Below are positions 1 to 11,319 of a DNA stretch of 64,000 nucleotides, piece after piece. The notes below the pieces were generated by a model. That model worked only from the letters and a program-made list of their open reading frames with translations, was not told the DNA's origin and did not search any database. Origin of the DNA: Felis catus. Taxonomy: Eukaryota. Numbering within the stretch: the first letter of the stretch is position 1; every line of letters starts with the position of its first letter. Made by a program: the position numbers and the translations under genes. The DNA is taken from the NCBI RefSeq assembly GCF_018350175.1, contig NC_058370.1, positions 121,644,001 through 121,708,000 of the forward strand. The letters run 5' to 3'.

Positions 1-817
1 TCCTGGAATCCGGTTTAGTGGAGAGAAGTCCACCACGTATTGGGATAGAGGGCTTGGCCTCACTGGCCACCCACCCTCCCCACTCAGCGCCCTCAGGGGT
101 CATTCTTAGTTCTTGTTGGCCCAACTTTCCAAGAGGAAAAAGAGCTTTCACACTCAGAAAAATCTCCGCCAGAGTACAAGTTGGCTCCAACTCAGCTACC
201 AGCCTCCCCAGAATTGCCGCCGGGGCATGTGACAGAGGCCCAGCCCCTGGAGAGCACTATCTCCCTGCTGCCTGCTTCATTCTTGCAGGCTTGAATTGAG
301 CTTCTAAAGGGTGATTTTATTCTTTAATTATTTCAATCTGACCCTTCACCTCCTCAGCTTTTCCGGGCTGTTTGGGAGATTCCCTGTGGCTCCAGTCACT
401 CAGCGGCTGTGTGATAAGGGACAAAGGAGATAAAGACTTCTCCTTTGGAGGAAAGGGGGAGTGATTAGCCCTGGAGACTCTGTGGCTGGTTGGCTGTGGG
501 CCTGGCCACTGAGTGTGGGTCTGTTCCATGTCAGGCTGTTGTCTGGAGGGACCAGCCTTTGTCCACATGTTGACCCTAGGGAAGCCTAGCCATGGGCATT
601 CTGAGGCTTCCCTCCTCTTTGACGAAAAATGGCTGGAAAGGTCAGAGGTGAAAGGAAAGTATACAGGATAAATTTCTGTGGTCAGCTGGATCCGCCAAGC
701 TGACAGCAAACTAAACCAACCAACATTGTTAGGAAGCAGCCCTGCCCCCTCTCCTGGCTCTGGGTATAGATGTCCTGTGGGACTAACTCACTCAGGACCT
801 GTGGCCCCGGGGTTTGC

Positions 818-1005
818 AACCCAGAGCCTAGATTTGAGAGCCTAGAACCAATCCAGAGCTTAGATCTAGACCCCGGAACAAACTCAGAATTTACATCTAG
901 AGCCCAGAGCTTAACATTTAGAACCTAAAAGCCCAGACAGAGCCCAATGTTTGATGCAAAGGCTAGATTCCTGATTTAAAACCCTGGAGCTCAGACAACT
1001 GGACC
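818..1005. repeat. Degenerate minisatellite, ~31-bp unit
   Basis: aacccagagcctagatttgagagcctagaacc / aatccagagcttagatctagaccccggaaca / aactcagaatttacatctagagcccagagct, then more decayed units. Confidence 0.55.
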
Positions 1006-1796
1006 AAGTCCTGAGAACCCTCCCAGCCCCAGAGTGCTAGAAAGTTCCCTCTGCTGCTTCCAGCCTTCTGATTGGCACCTGACAGTGTGTAGAGTATTAA
1101 TTATGGTCAGAGCTTTTCAACATGCAATAAAAAGCCTTTTAAACCATTCCGGTGGGAGGTGATTAACTCTATTAAGTGGCATTATGGATCTTCCTATCTG
1201 TTGCTTTCATAAACATAGTTGTAGGCGGAATGTTTTATTAAGGGCATAAAAATGTCCCACATTACAATGCATAAGCACATATTGATGTTATATTTCTTTA
1301 CTGTGCTGCACGCCCCAGTCCCCAACCACTCCGAAATGAAACTACATGTCTTNNNNNNNNNNNNNNNNNNNNNNNNNNNNNNNNNNNNNNNNNNNNNNNN
1401 NNNNNNNNNNNNNNNNNNNNNNNNNNNNNNNNNNNNNNNNNNNNNNNNNNNNNNNNNNNNNNNNNNNNNNNNNNNNNNNNNNNNNNNNNNNNNNNNNNNN
1501 NNNNNNNNNNNNNNNNNNNNNNNNNNNNNNNNNNNNNNNNNNNNNNNNNNNNNNNNNNNNNNNNNNNNNNNNNNNNNNNNNNNNNNNNNNNNNNNNNNNN
1601 NNNNNNNNNNNNNNNNNNNNNNNNNNNNNNNNNNNNNNNNNNNNNNNNNNNNNNNNNNNNNNNNNNNNNNNNNNNNNNNNNNNNNNNNNNNNNNNNNNNN
1701 NNNNNNNNNNNNNNNNNNNNNNNNNNNNNNNNNNNNNNNNNNNNNNNNNNNNNNNNNNNNNNNNNNNNNNNNNNNNNNNNNNNNNNNNNNNNNNNN

Positions 1797-2115
1797 TAAA
1801 TATCCAACCTGCGCATATGCAAATACGCGCTCGCAGACGCGCCACCACCGCCGCGCGCCCGGGAACCTCCGGCGGCCCCTCCCCTCCCCGCGGCACGTGC
1901 CGCCGCGCGGGGGGCGGGCCCTACACGTCACTGGGGGCGGGGACTCTCCGGGGCCGAGCGCCCCGGCCCTCCCAGGCAGTCAGCCGGAGCCGGAGTCACC
2001 CGCCCGGTTTGGGGTGTGGGCTGGGCTTGAAGGCCGGCGAGGAGTAGAAACCCAGCGTTAAAACCCAATGGACAGAAGAAACTGGCGCCTTTCTGCGTTG
2101 CTTCCCACGTGCCAG
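1797..2115. promoter_or_regulatory. CpG-dense promoter/enhancer-like element (left edge hidden in N-gap 1353-1796)
   Basis: Very high CpG density. Motifs: octamer ATGCAAAT 1817-1824, palindromic E-box ggCACGTGcc 1894-1899, GC boxes 1911-1918 and 1934-1942, CRE half-site ACGTCA 1925-1930, second CACGTG 2106-2111. Confidence 0.65.
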
Positions 2116-2329
2116 GTGCTGGGCCAAGGGGCACTTTAATTACATCAGCCACCCTTAGCCGTCTTTCTGACACCACACCTGTCGTGGCAGCCCAGGGGCC
2201 CCTCCCCTGTCTCCCTCTGTTGGGAGAGTGGGTGGCGGGAGGAGAAGGAAGAGGAGGAAGCACCGGCACTTTGTAAAGCCCCACCCTGGGTGCGTGCATC
2301 CTGCCTCCCCCTCTGATACCCACCGATTC

Positions 2330-2485
2330 CATTATCTCATTTTATCCCCGAGGCAACCCTAGGACAGAAGGTCCCCATTTTACAGATGAAGAAAATGAGG
2401 TTTGGGGAGAGTAACTTGTCCCTGGCCAGAGTGGAGGCAGCAAGGCTTGAATCAAGCTCTGCTTAATTCAAAGCCCTGCTTTTAT
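2330..2485 (-). mobile_element. MIR SINE relic
   Basis: ccccattttacagatgaagaaaatgagg...gtaacttgtcc is the MIR core in reverse. Confidence 0.75.
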
Positions 2486-3384
2486 AGTTTTAAACCACCG
2501 TAGTTTGGTGCTTCCTACTTGTCCTAGCACCCTTCCTCAAGGCAGAGCAGGCCCAGGAGCCTAGAAGAGTTTGAGGTCACTTGGGAAGGTGAAGCCCAGG
2601 GTCCAAGGAGCATCATAAAGGATCATGATGTAGACAGAGGAAGGAGATACCAGCAAGTTGGGGCTGGGTAGAACTGGCTCAGAAGGCAAGGTGGAGGGCT
2701 GGCTGGCAGAGATGAGCTGGGGTGAGGCCCCAGCAGGGTGGAAGGAGCCAAGGCAAAGCTCAGGGTCTGGAGCCAGCTTGGGGCCTGGGCTCTGGTCTTG
2801 AGATGGTGAGAGGACCTCAGGCTTTCAGGAAGGGAGGGAAGGCAGGAGGGGCTCAGACCCCAGGTGGGGCTGGTGAACTCAATGGCCACAGACCAGCGGT
2901 TGTACTATCCTGGGCAACCCTAGAAATTGCCAAGGCCACAAATGGCCAAGGGCTTATATGGCTAAAGCTCCTGAGATCACAAAAACCTCTCAGGAGAAAG
3001 GGGAATCCTGCTCATTGCCCAGGAGCATGACATGGCCCTTCATAGCATGAGGATCCATCAAAAAATGAGTTACCTGCCCTCAGTGGGCAGCAAGAAGATA
3101 ATAAGGTTAAGCCCTGCAAAAGTGTCTGGACAAGAGAGAATGTGACAAAGGGCTGAACATGTGAATGAAGTTATACAAAATCAGAAGCCGATGACTGAAA
3201 GTAGACCGCTTTCTGAGGGATGGCTTTTGCCTAAAGATGTCCTAACTGTGTAGCCGCTTCTATGTCCTTGCTCAAGATGTCTCATCTCCTTGGATTCCCG
3301 CACTCCCTGTTCTATGCCCCATAACACTGTGTGGTTTACACTTCAGTACCGTGGGCAGCATTGAGTACTTACAGCTATAGTCAT

Positions 3385-3505
3385 TCACCCATTCATTCAT
3401 TCACTCATACGTTCAGCCAGTATTTATTGAGCACATACAGTGTGCCAGGCACTGGGGATACAATGACGAACAAGAAAGACCACAAGCCTTGCCTGGTGGA
3501 GCACT
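3385..3505 (-). mobile_element. L2 LINE 3' end
   Basis: cattcattcattca...tatttattgagcacatacagtgtgccaggcactggggatac. Confidence 0.8.
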
Positions 3506-4699
3506 GGTTCTGGAGGATGCTTGGTGACCTGCTTGTCTCCCCCTTCTCAAAGGCAGGCATGGTTTAGCTGACTCATGAGGGCTGGTCAGTCCTGCAGAGG
3601 TGTCCTCAGTCACGCATTTGGCTGCTGCACAGGTCCCAAAGCTCCCAGCAAATGGCTATTCAGAGCCTCAGGCCTCCTGACTCATCATCTCTCTTCCCTT
3701 GTTCCTCTTGCACTGGGGGGTTGCTTTTGTTTTTTGGAGCTCCTTCCCAGGACAAGGGTCAGTGGGGGCGGGGCAGGGGGGGGTTTCTCCTCCCAAATAG
3801 TGAGGCCAAGTCCTTGTAGGTCAGTGACCTCATCCTGGGAGGGGGATTATACACTCTTATTCTTCCTGCCCCAGTGCTATGAGGGCTTCAAGCCATGCCC
3901 CAAATAGACCTTAGCAGGGCGGGGAAGCGGCCCCCTGGCAAAAGCAGAGGGGGGCTGTGCACATGTGCGCAGGCGCTGCCTGCCTGTCTGGGGGCTGGGC
4001 TATAGTTGGAGTCTGCTCAGGAGGGTCTCCTGGATGAATGGAACATTCAGAGCTTGGGCTTCTCCCCTTACTGACCGGGTCAGAGGCTGGCTGGACACCT
4101 GATCTGTCCCCAACTGCCTCCTGTCTCCAGAGGAGGAGCTGAATTCCCATGGGCTGGGGGCTGGGAGGACACCAGTTACCTGAGCCCCTCTCCCCTTTTT
4201 GGCTGTGAGAACTAGCTCTTGCTGGGATGGCATGTTGCACTTTTCTGGAACTCTGAAGGGCACTTGCATTACTGTCTCCTGTACTTCCTTAGGAGGGCTC
4301 TCTGGTTTCTGTGTGGCAGCTGCAGGGGGTTCCGCGGATGGCCCTGGGCAACCCTGATGGGGTCACACCTCACTTTCCCCAAGGAGGACAAGCTGCCTCG
4401 GCCCAGGTGCGAGCACCTTTGGGAATCAGAAGAGAGAGAGGCCAGTGTTGGCTGAGGGAGGAGGTGGCCAGGAGCTGGGGCTGACCAGAGCCACACCTTG
4501 GATGGAGTTAGATGTGACTTCTGTACCTGTTCTTCCACTCAGGGGACTGTTTGCTGCTGGGCCCTCACCTGGCTGGGCTCTGGCCTAGACCCTGGCCCTG
4601 GAGTCCCCTGCTTGGGAAGAAGAGTGAGTCATAGGAGAGAACAGTCATGTCAGCGCTAGGCTGCCACTTGACCCTTGGGGTTCCATGTGGTGTGGGTGT

Positions 4700-5135
4700 T
4701 CTGGGAAAGTTTTCTGGAGGAGGAACCTGCTAAAGGCAGGTCTGAAGAGGGGTGGGGCATTGTGAGTAATGTGCAGAAGCTGAAGTGAGTGTGTTGTTGG
4801 GCAGGGGCCCTAAGGAGCAGGCCTGTGGGGTGGGAGGGTGGGAGAGGCTGGAGGGGTCAGCAGCCTTGAGTCACAGGTGAGGGAGCTTTGTGAGAAATGA
4901 GGACCATTGAAGGATTTTGACTAAGGGAGGGCCTGGTCACACGGTGCCTTAGAAAATTTACTTTGACAGCAGAGTGGAGAGTGGCCGCGAGAGGGTAGGC
5001 CTGCAGGCAGGAAGAGCTGAGGTGGGGGCTCCGAGGGGCCGAGCAGAGGGCGGGAGGTAGAACTGAGACCATGTAGAGGCTGACCAGGTGGGAAGATCAC
5101 GTGAGGGCCCTGGAGGCCAGTCAGGTGGGGTGAGT
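4700..5135 (-). mobile_element. L2 LINE relic
   Basis: ccattgaaggattttgactaagggagg...ttagaaaatttactttgacagcagagtggaga resembles reverse L2 3' region. Confidence 0.55.
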
Positions 5136-5333
5136 CTGAGAAGATGAGCTGACAGGCCCGAAGTCCCTGCGGGGGCTGGGGCTTTCCATCAGTGGGCACA
5201 GCTTGGGACTGTGCGAGGGCATCAAGTCTGGCTGCATGGCCACCTCCAGCAGCCTCTGTGGGGACTCCGTGTCCTTGAACCTTTGGAGCTTCTGCATCCA
5301 GCTCCTCATTGTCTAAACGAGGAGGTAGAGAAT

Positions 5334-5335
<2 letters not shown>

Positions 5336-5369
<34 letters not shown>
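5336..5369. repeat. (GT)n microsatellite, ~17 units
   Basis: Perfect gtgtgt run. Confidence 0.97.
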
Positions 5370-5371
<2 letters not shown>

Positions 5372-5489
5372 TGTGGTGGGGGTGGGGGGTGGCAGGAGGG
5401 TGGCTGAACTGGGCTGGAAGCCAGGCCCTTTCTGTGCCATTACAGCAAACACAGCCTTGCTGGGCATCCTCAGGGCCGGACCCAGAACC

Positions 5490-5760
5490 TGGGACTGAGA
5501 TTATTACAGTGCGTATATGGCCAAGGGCAAGGCTCCGGGGCCAGACGGCCCAGTGTCCATCCCGACACTGTCCCTGATCAGCTGGGTAAACACGGGAAAG
5601 TTATATCATGTTTCTGAGCCCAAGTGTCTCATCTGTAGAAGGGTGGTTAGAACCGAGGCTGCTCCCCACGGCTCTTGTGAGGATTACGTGTGTCAGTGCA
5701 TGGGCCACACTTCCAAGAGCGTCTGGAATGTATATACCCTCAATAAGTCACTTTCCAGTT
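5490..5760 (+). mobile_element. MIR SINE relic
   Basis: tttctgagcccaagtgtctcatctgtagaagggtgg...cttgtgaggatta...ctcaataag. Confidence 0.65.
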
Positions 5761-8700
5761 TCTCATATTGCACAACTCCAGGGGGCGCCATTCACCTCAC
5801 ACTCATCAAGATTTCTTTTGTTATTGTGACAGTTTTCTGGTAGATGGCGAGCAAGGGTCTTGAGAAAAGGGTATCTTTTAAAATTTCACAGAAAGTTGCT
5901 AAATTGGCCAGCGGCGGGGGTGTTCTAAAGTCATTCCCAGTAGAGTGGGGGAGACAGACATGAAAATAGACCATCAAGATGCTCGCTGGTGAGACGGGTG
6001 AGTGAAGTCTGCATGCCTGCTGGGGTGAGCTGAGGAGAGGATCTGATCTTCCTGAGCTCCTCGGTTCCTGGCTGAGGCTGGTGCCCCAGAGTACTGACTC
6101 GAAAACTGGGGTGTTACAGAAACCCCAGCCTCACAGGTGGTCTGGGGGCTGAGAGGGCCTCGTGCCAGGCTCTCTGACTGTCCTGTCCCGACTTTATTGC
6201 AAGAGGTACCATGAGGCTGTAGCTCAGTTCTGAGAAACCCAAGTGCCTTCCCGCAGAATGCAAATGTTGAGTGCTCTCCTCTGCTTTCAATTCCACTGTG
6301 GGAAAGGCAGGCGAGCACAAAATAAATAACCAGAAGACCTCTGCAATCCGGCTCCCTTGCCCCATGGTGATTCCTGACTAGCTCATAACTCACCTCCCAC
6401 GTCAGACAACAAGGCAGGCCTGCAACAACTCAGCAGTCTCCTGGGGGGCCTGCTGGCCCACCTTCCCCTGCTCGCCTGGCCTCTCCAGCCCCAGGAAAAC
6501 CAAGCCTGGAGCTCTGTCTATAAAGGGGACATGGTGGCCTGTGCTGAGCACATGGAGGGGACTCTTATGAGGTTTGTGCAGAGCCCTCCCCTGACTCTGC
6601 TGCCTCCTGTCCGGTCAGCAGGTGGTGAAGGCCAGACCCTGTCACCGCCCCCCCCCCACACCCCCACTGGGCTCAGTAAACTGTGCTGACTGGGGCATCT
6701 TCCCCACCCTGGTGACAGGGGGTCAGGGCTGATTCCTGAAAGGAAGGGGCTTTCCTAATAGACCTTTGAAGCTCGGGCTGGGGTTACGCCCTAGTGGCAC
6801 AGGCTGTTGGGTCCAGGAGATAGAGACTCTTACCCCTGTGTGGGTCTTGGTGGGGAGTGTGGGACCCTCAATGAGGGGAAGCAGGTTAGGGGAGGAGGAC
6901 TGAGACAAGGGGGGGCCAAAGAAAGGGAGATTGTAGGGTCTAGTTCAGATGGTGATGCTACTTCTCCCCAGGGCTTCTCATGGTCATTTACTTCAGAGGC
7001 CTGATGATCCCTGAGGGCTTTTGCCAGGCAGATGAGAGGTGGTGGGGGGAGGAGGGGGAGGGAGGGAGAAGGAGGGAAGGAAAGGGGGATGCTTCAACTT
7101 CTCTGTTCCTGTGCCTATCAGAGCCTTGGGAGCTTGGAAGGCTCTAGAAGCAAGACACTCAACTGGCCAACCAGCTCAGATGAGGCTGATCTGGCCAGAG
7201 TGGGGGCCAGTCCCCTCCTGCCAAGGCCAAGTCCTTCGTGCTCCAGGGGAGTCCCAGGCCTAGGGGAGGAGAAGATGCCATCCGGGCCTCTAGCTCAGTC
7301 CTCTAGGCCTCACGGAGTCCTGAGCTCCCTCCCAGAGAGGACTAGTGAATTTTTCCTGCTCTGCNNNNNNNNNNNNNNNNNNNNNNNNNNNNNNNNNNNN
7401 NNNNNNNNNNNNNNNNNNNNNNNNNNNNNNNNNNNNNNNNNNNNNNNNNNNNNNNNNNNNNNNNNNNNNNNNNNNNNNNNNNNNNNNNNNNNNNNNNNNN
7501 NNNNNNNNNNNNNNNNNNNNNNNNNNNNNNNNNNNNNNNNNNNNNNNNNNNNNNNNNNNNNNNNNNNNNNNNNNNNTCAATGGAAGTAGCAGGCTTTGCC
7601 TACTGTGTTTTCTTATGGGCCCAAAGAAATCAATAGGAACAGAAGAGAAGTGAAAAGAAGCAAGAATAAAAGGAGTGTGACCTTTTAGGATTCTGGGAGC
7701 CTTGACTATGCTACTCCAGGAACTGCCTCCGTCCTCAGAATCTCAATGCATGCAGTCAAGTGGGGGCAATTCCGTACGTTTAAGACTGTGGACGAAAACT
7801 TGCAAACCCTCCCTGGGACAGAGGCAAATCTCTCGATTCATTCCCTCCCACCAGAGACACGCAGGGAATGGGAGCAAGGGGGGGTGTCCTCAGAGCACCC
7901 CACTTCAGAACCCCCAGCACCTCCCCCCGCCCCATGTCCACCCCAGGACAGAAGCTCGGAAGAGAAGCACGTTTTGATGTGAAACAAAATAAGCTTCAAG
8001 CTTAGAGTTTCTCCGACCAAGGCTGTCTGGAATCTGCTTGGATTCTGGTAGAAACCCAACATTTTCCAGGATGTGTGTGGAAGGATCCGGAAGACGGAAG
8101 GATCAAGACTGTTTCAGAACCACAGAACTGGAGCAGCCAGCATGGAGGCCAAGGAAGGAAGAGCCTTCTGGGGAGTTGCAGCGAGGGGGTGCCCAGCCTG
8201 GGAGAGTGTGGCCAGGAGGCCAGGGGAATGCCTCTCCACTGAGGGTCCCACCTGGGCTCACCTGGGCTCCACCTCGATGCCCATTCAGCTTCTCCTGGCT
8301 GCTCAGGTGACTTTTCTGTCTTGGTGCTGAGAGGGGCCTCACACCAGACCTCCTCACGCTCTGGAAGAACATCTCAATTATCAGCCACTGGAAGGGCACC
8401 ATTGCGCCTGAGGCAGTCTCCACGCACAACTGTCTTAAAGGGCTTTTTGGCTAAGAGAGGCCAGTCTAGCTGGGCGGAGGAACGCAAATGACTTTGTGCG
8501 ACAGATACGTCTAAACTGGCAATGCCATTGTCCGCCCCTCCTACTGGGGGCCCCAGTGCCTCTTGGTCTTTCCCCTTCACCCGCCCTCACTTCCCTCTTC
8601 CTCCGGTTGGCTCTTTGCACAACTGGAGCACCTCCCCAGTCCCACAGCCGTTTCTTTCCCGCCAGCCTCTGCCATCTCGTGGCCTCCACAGAGCCGGCTC

Positions 8701-10039
8701 CCATCTGCCACCTCAACTTCCCCTCGGCAGGGAGGCACCATTCTTTTCCGGCCTCAGAATAGTTCCCTGAAGTCAGCGCTGACTTCTCACTGCCTTCTTG
8801 CACAGAAATCTTTTCCAAGAGGTGCCGGGGTCCAGAAGAGGGACAGATGGTCCCTTTCTTTTTATAACACGGCAAGTCTTTTGAAGTGAAGAGCTATGAA
8901 CACAAGTTTTGCCTTCAGCAGATGTTCTGTGGGCACAACAAATACCACTTTGTGTTCTTCAGCAACTGTGAGCAGTGTTAACTGGGGAGGAGACTGAAAT
9001 TGGGCAGAGCATCGGCGGAGCATATTCAGGGGGCCCAGGGGCCATGGCGTGAAGGTCCCTGTTCAATCTCAGTCAGGCTGACTGCAGACTTGTGTTTCTG
9101 CTCAGCCAGTTCCAGGTCTAGGCTTCCTAGAAACCGTGTCTGCTCACCTTCCCCGAGCCCAGGGACCACCCAGCCGCACTTCCACCCGTGCAGGGGCCAC
9201 TTGTGAAGGGCTGACGGCCGAGCTGTGTTCGTGTGCACCTCTTCCAGCTAATCCTGAGGCTGGGTCGAAAGCTGCGGGCTGGGGTGAATACGATTCGAGA
9301 TTCGTGGTTGCATTTTATCACTTTCTCCCTCGAGCACAACGGGGTTGTCCAGTCCCCATGGCTGTACTAGGCTGATCTGGGGACTTTGCAAAGGACAAGA
9401 ATGGTTGGCCAGGCATGACATCTGTTGAGCTCCTAAGGAGCTGAAGGCTCTCTAGATGTCAGTAGAAGCCAGTTCCCAGGGCTCTGCCCTGGTGGCTCCT
9501 CGGGCATCGGTGACGGGGTACCAGGCGTCAGTTAACTACTTTGAAGTGGCTGTGCTGCTGTTTGGTGGATTTCAAGAATTGTGTTCATTTAAAAGGGCAT
9601 AAGCTCAACTAATAGACCTCATTAACTTGAAAGATATATCATTTTTGCAACGGAATTGGCTGCTTCATAGGATGGCTGGCTCCATTAACTTTATTGCATT
9701 GGCAATACTTTGTATAAGGTGTGGGAGATGCTGCGGCAGCAAAGAATCTCCGGGCTGCCCGATCCCAAGTTCCAGTGGCATCCGTGGTGGCCGAAGCCCT
9801 GTCTGAAGTCCCTTCCGAGGGTCCAAAGTCCCTCACGGGTTTACTTGAGGAATTAAGTCCACTCACTCACTCATTAAGTCCATCTGTCACACGGTACTTT
9901 TAGAGATGAGGAAAGAAGCCAAGAGTCACCAATTTATGTTGAGAAATATCAGACACATGATCCTAGGAGATGTAAGACAGCCACCGTGACCCATCCTTAG
10001 CTCAGACATGCTAAGCGACAAGCTAGGGAAGCTAGAAGG

Positions 10040-10230
10040 TGTGGTGTAGTGGGAGGGGAATGGGTGTCACAGGCAGGAGGTTTTCACCCTGACCCCCGTT
10101 CCCCCTCTGCCACTTACATCTGGGCAAGCGTCTTATCTGAGCCTTGGTTTTCCCTCTGTGAATCCACCTCCTAGGGCAGCTGCAAGGGTTACATAAATGC
10201 AGAGTGAATGTACAATGAATATAAAACATC
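10040..10230 (+). mobile_element. MIR SINE relic
   Basis: ctctgccacttacatctgggcaag...tctgagccttggttttccctctgtgaa...acctcctagggcagctgcaagggttacat. Confidence 0.65.
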
Positions 10231-10947
10231 TACTCCACGTCCTTCCGAAAGACAAGTCTGCATCTGCTGGCACTGATTGCCGCTCCTACTCCCCAGCTGC
10301 GCTCTCCCGAGCAACTCCTCACCTTCTCTGTTGGTGAGAATTTACTCCTGAACAATAACTCATCCCCCCCTCCACCTCCTCACACCCCTTCATACCACTA
10401 CCATGAATATGAGAGTGGGATAGTGCCTTAAAGGCTATTTAGGACCTCCCCCATTTTGCAGGTAGGGAACTGAGGTTCAGAGGTGTCACTAAGATTTCAC
10501 ACTGCCCCAGGAAACTGTCTCTAGAAAAATCCCCTGTGAAACCATCCCCACTCAAGTGTCCTGTGTAATTACTTCATCTGGTGCTAGGAGTTCTTTACCT
10601 GGAAACCTTCTCTGTCCCTGCAAACCAAAAGCCACATGAGACAGGACCCATTGGGCCAAGCTGCTCTGGGTCATGCCCATGGGGCACACTTTGCCAGGCT
10701 GCTGTGATCAGAGCGGTACATCCCACAGGAGCACAGTGCTGGTGCCGGCAGCTCCACCAGGCATGAATGGGAGGAAGAGTAGGGACCAGACACCCACGTA
10801 CATATGGGGGTGGGGGGCAAGTCATAAGTGGTACCATGTAGGCAATGGCTCTGGGAGTGTGGTTTGACTGGGGAGGAGACAGTGTCCAGAAAGAAGATGA
10901 CGAGGACAAACTCTAACTCCATTTGCCAACCAGACTGACATGTACCC

Positions 10948-11319
10948 CGTTATGGACTGAATTGTGCCCCCCACCCCTCACCATTCGTATGTTGAAGCCC
11001 TACTCCCAAAGAGACTGTATTTGGAGATAGGGCCTCTAAGAAGTTAAATGAGGTCATGAGGGTGGGACTCTAATCCAATATGACTCTAATCCATATAAGA
11101 CAAGGAAGAGACACCAGGAGTGCTTGTCCAGGGAAAGTCCATGTCACAGCAAGAAGATGGCCATCTATAAGCCGAGGAGAGATGCCACACCAGAAACCCA
11201 CCTTGCTGGCAGCCTGATCTTGGACTTCCAGCCTCCAGAACTGTGAGGAAATAGATGTCTGTTGTTTAAGTTGTCCAGTGTGTGGCGTTCTCTTATGGAA
11301 GCCCTGACACACTAATATA
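10948..11319 (+). mobile_element. MaLR solo LTR (MLT1B/C-like)
   Basis: Starts (t)gttatggactgaattgtgcccc, contains gtatttggagatagggcct and cttggacttccagcctccagaactgtgaggaaata, ends ctaatata. Confidence 0.85.

Noticed and set aside
818-1005. CRISPR-like array
   Set aside because: Mammalian DNA, degenerate tandem units with no unique spacers and no cas genes.
1194-2061. Long ORFs spanning N-gaps (also at 7.3, 17.9, 31.2, 45.4 and 55-57 kb)
   Set aside because: Length is inflated by N runs, and the flanking peptides are unrecognisable.
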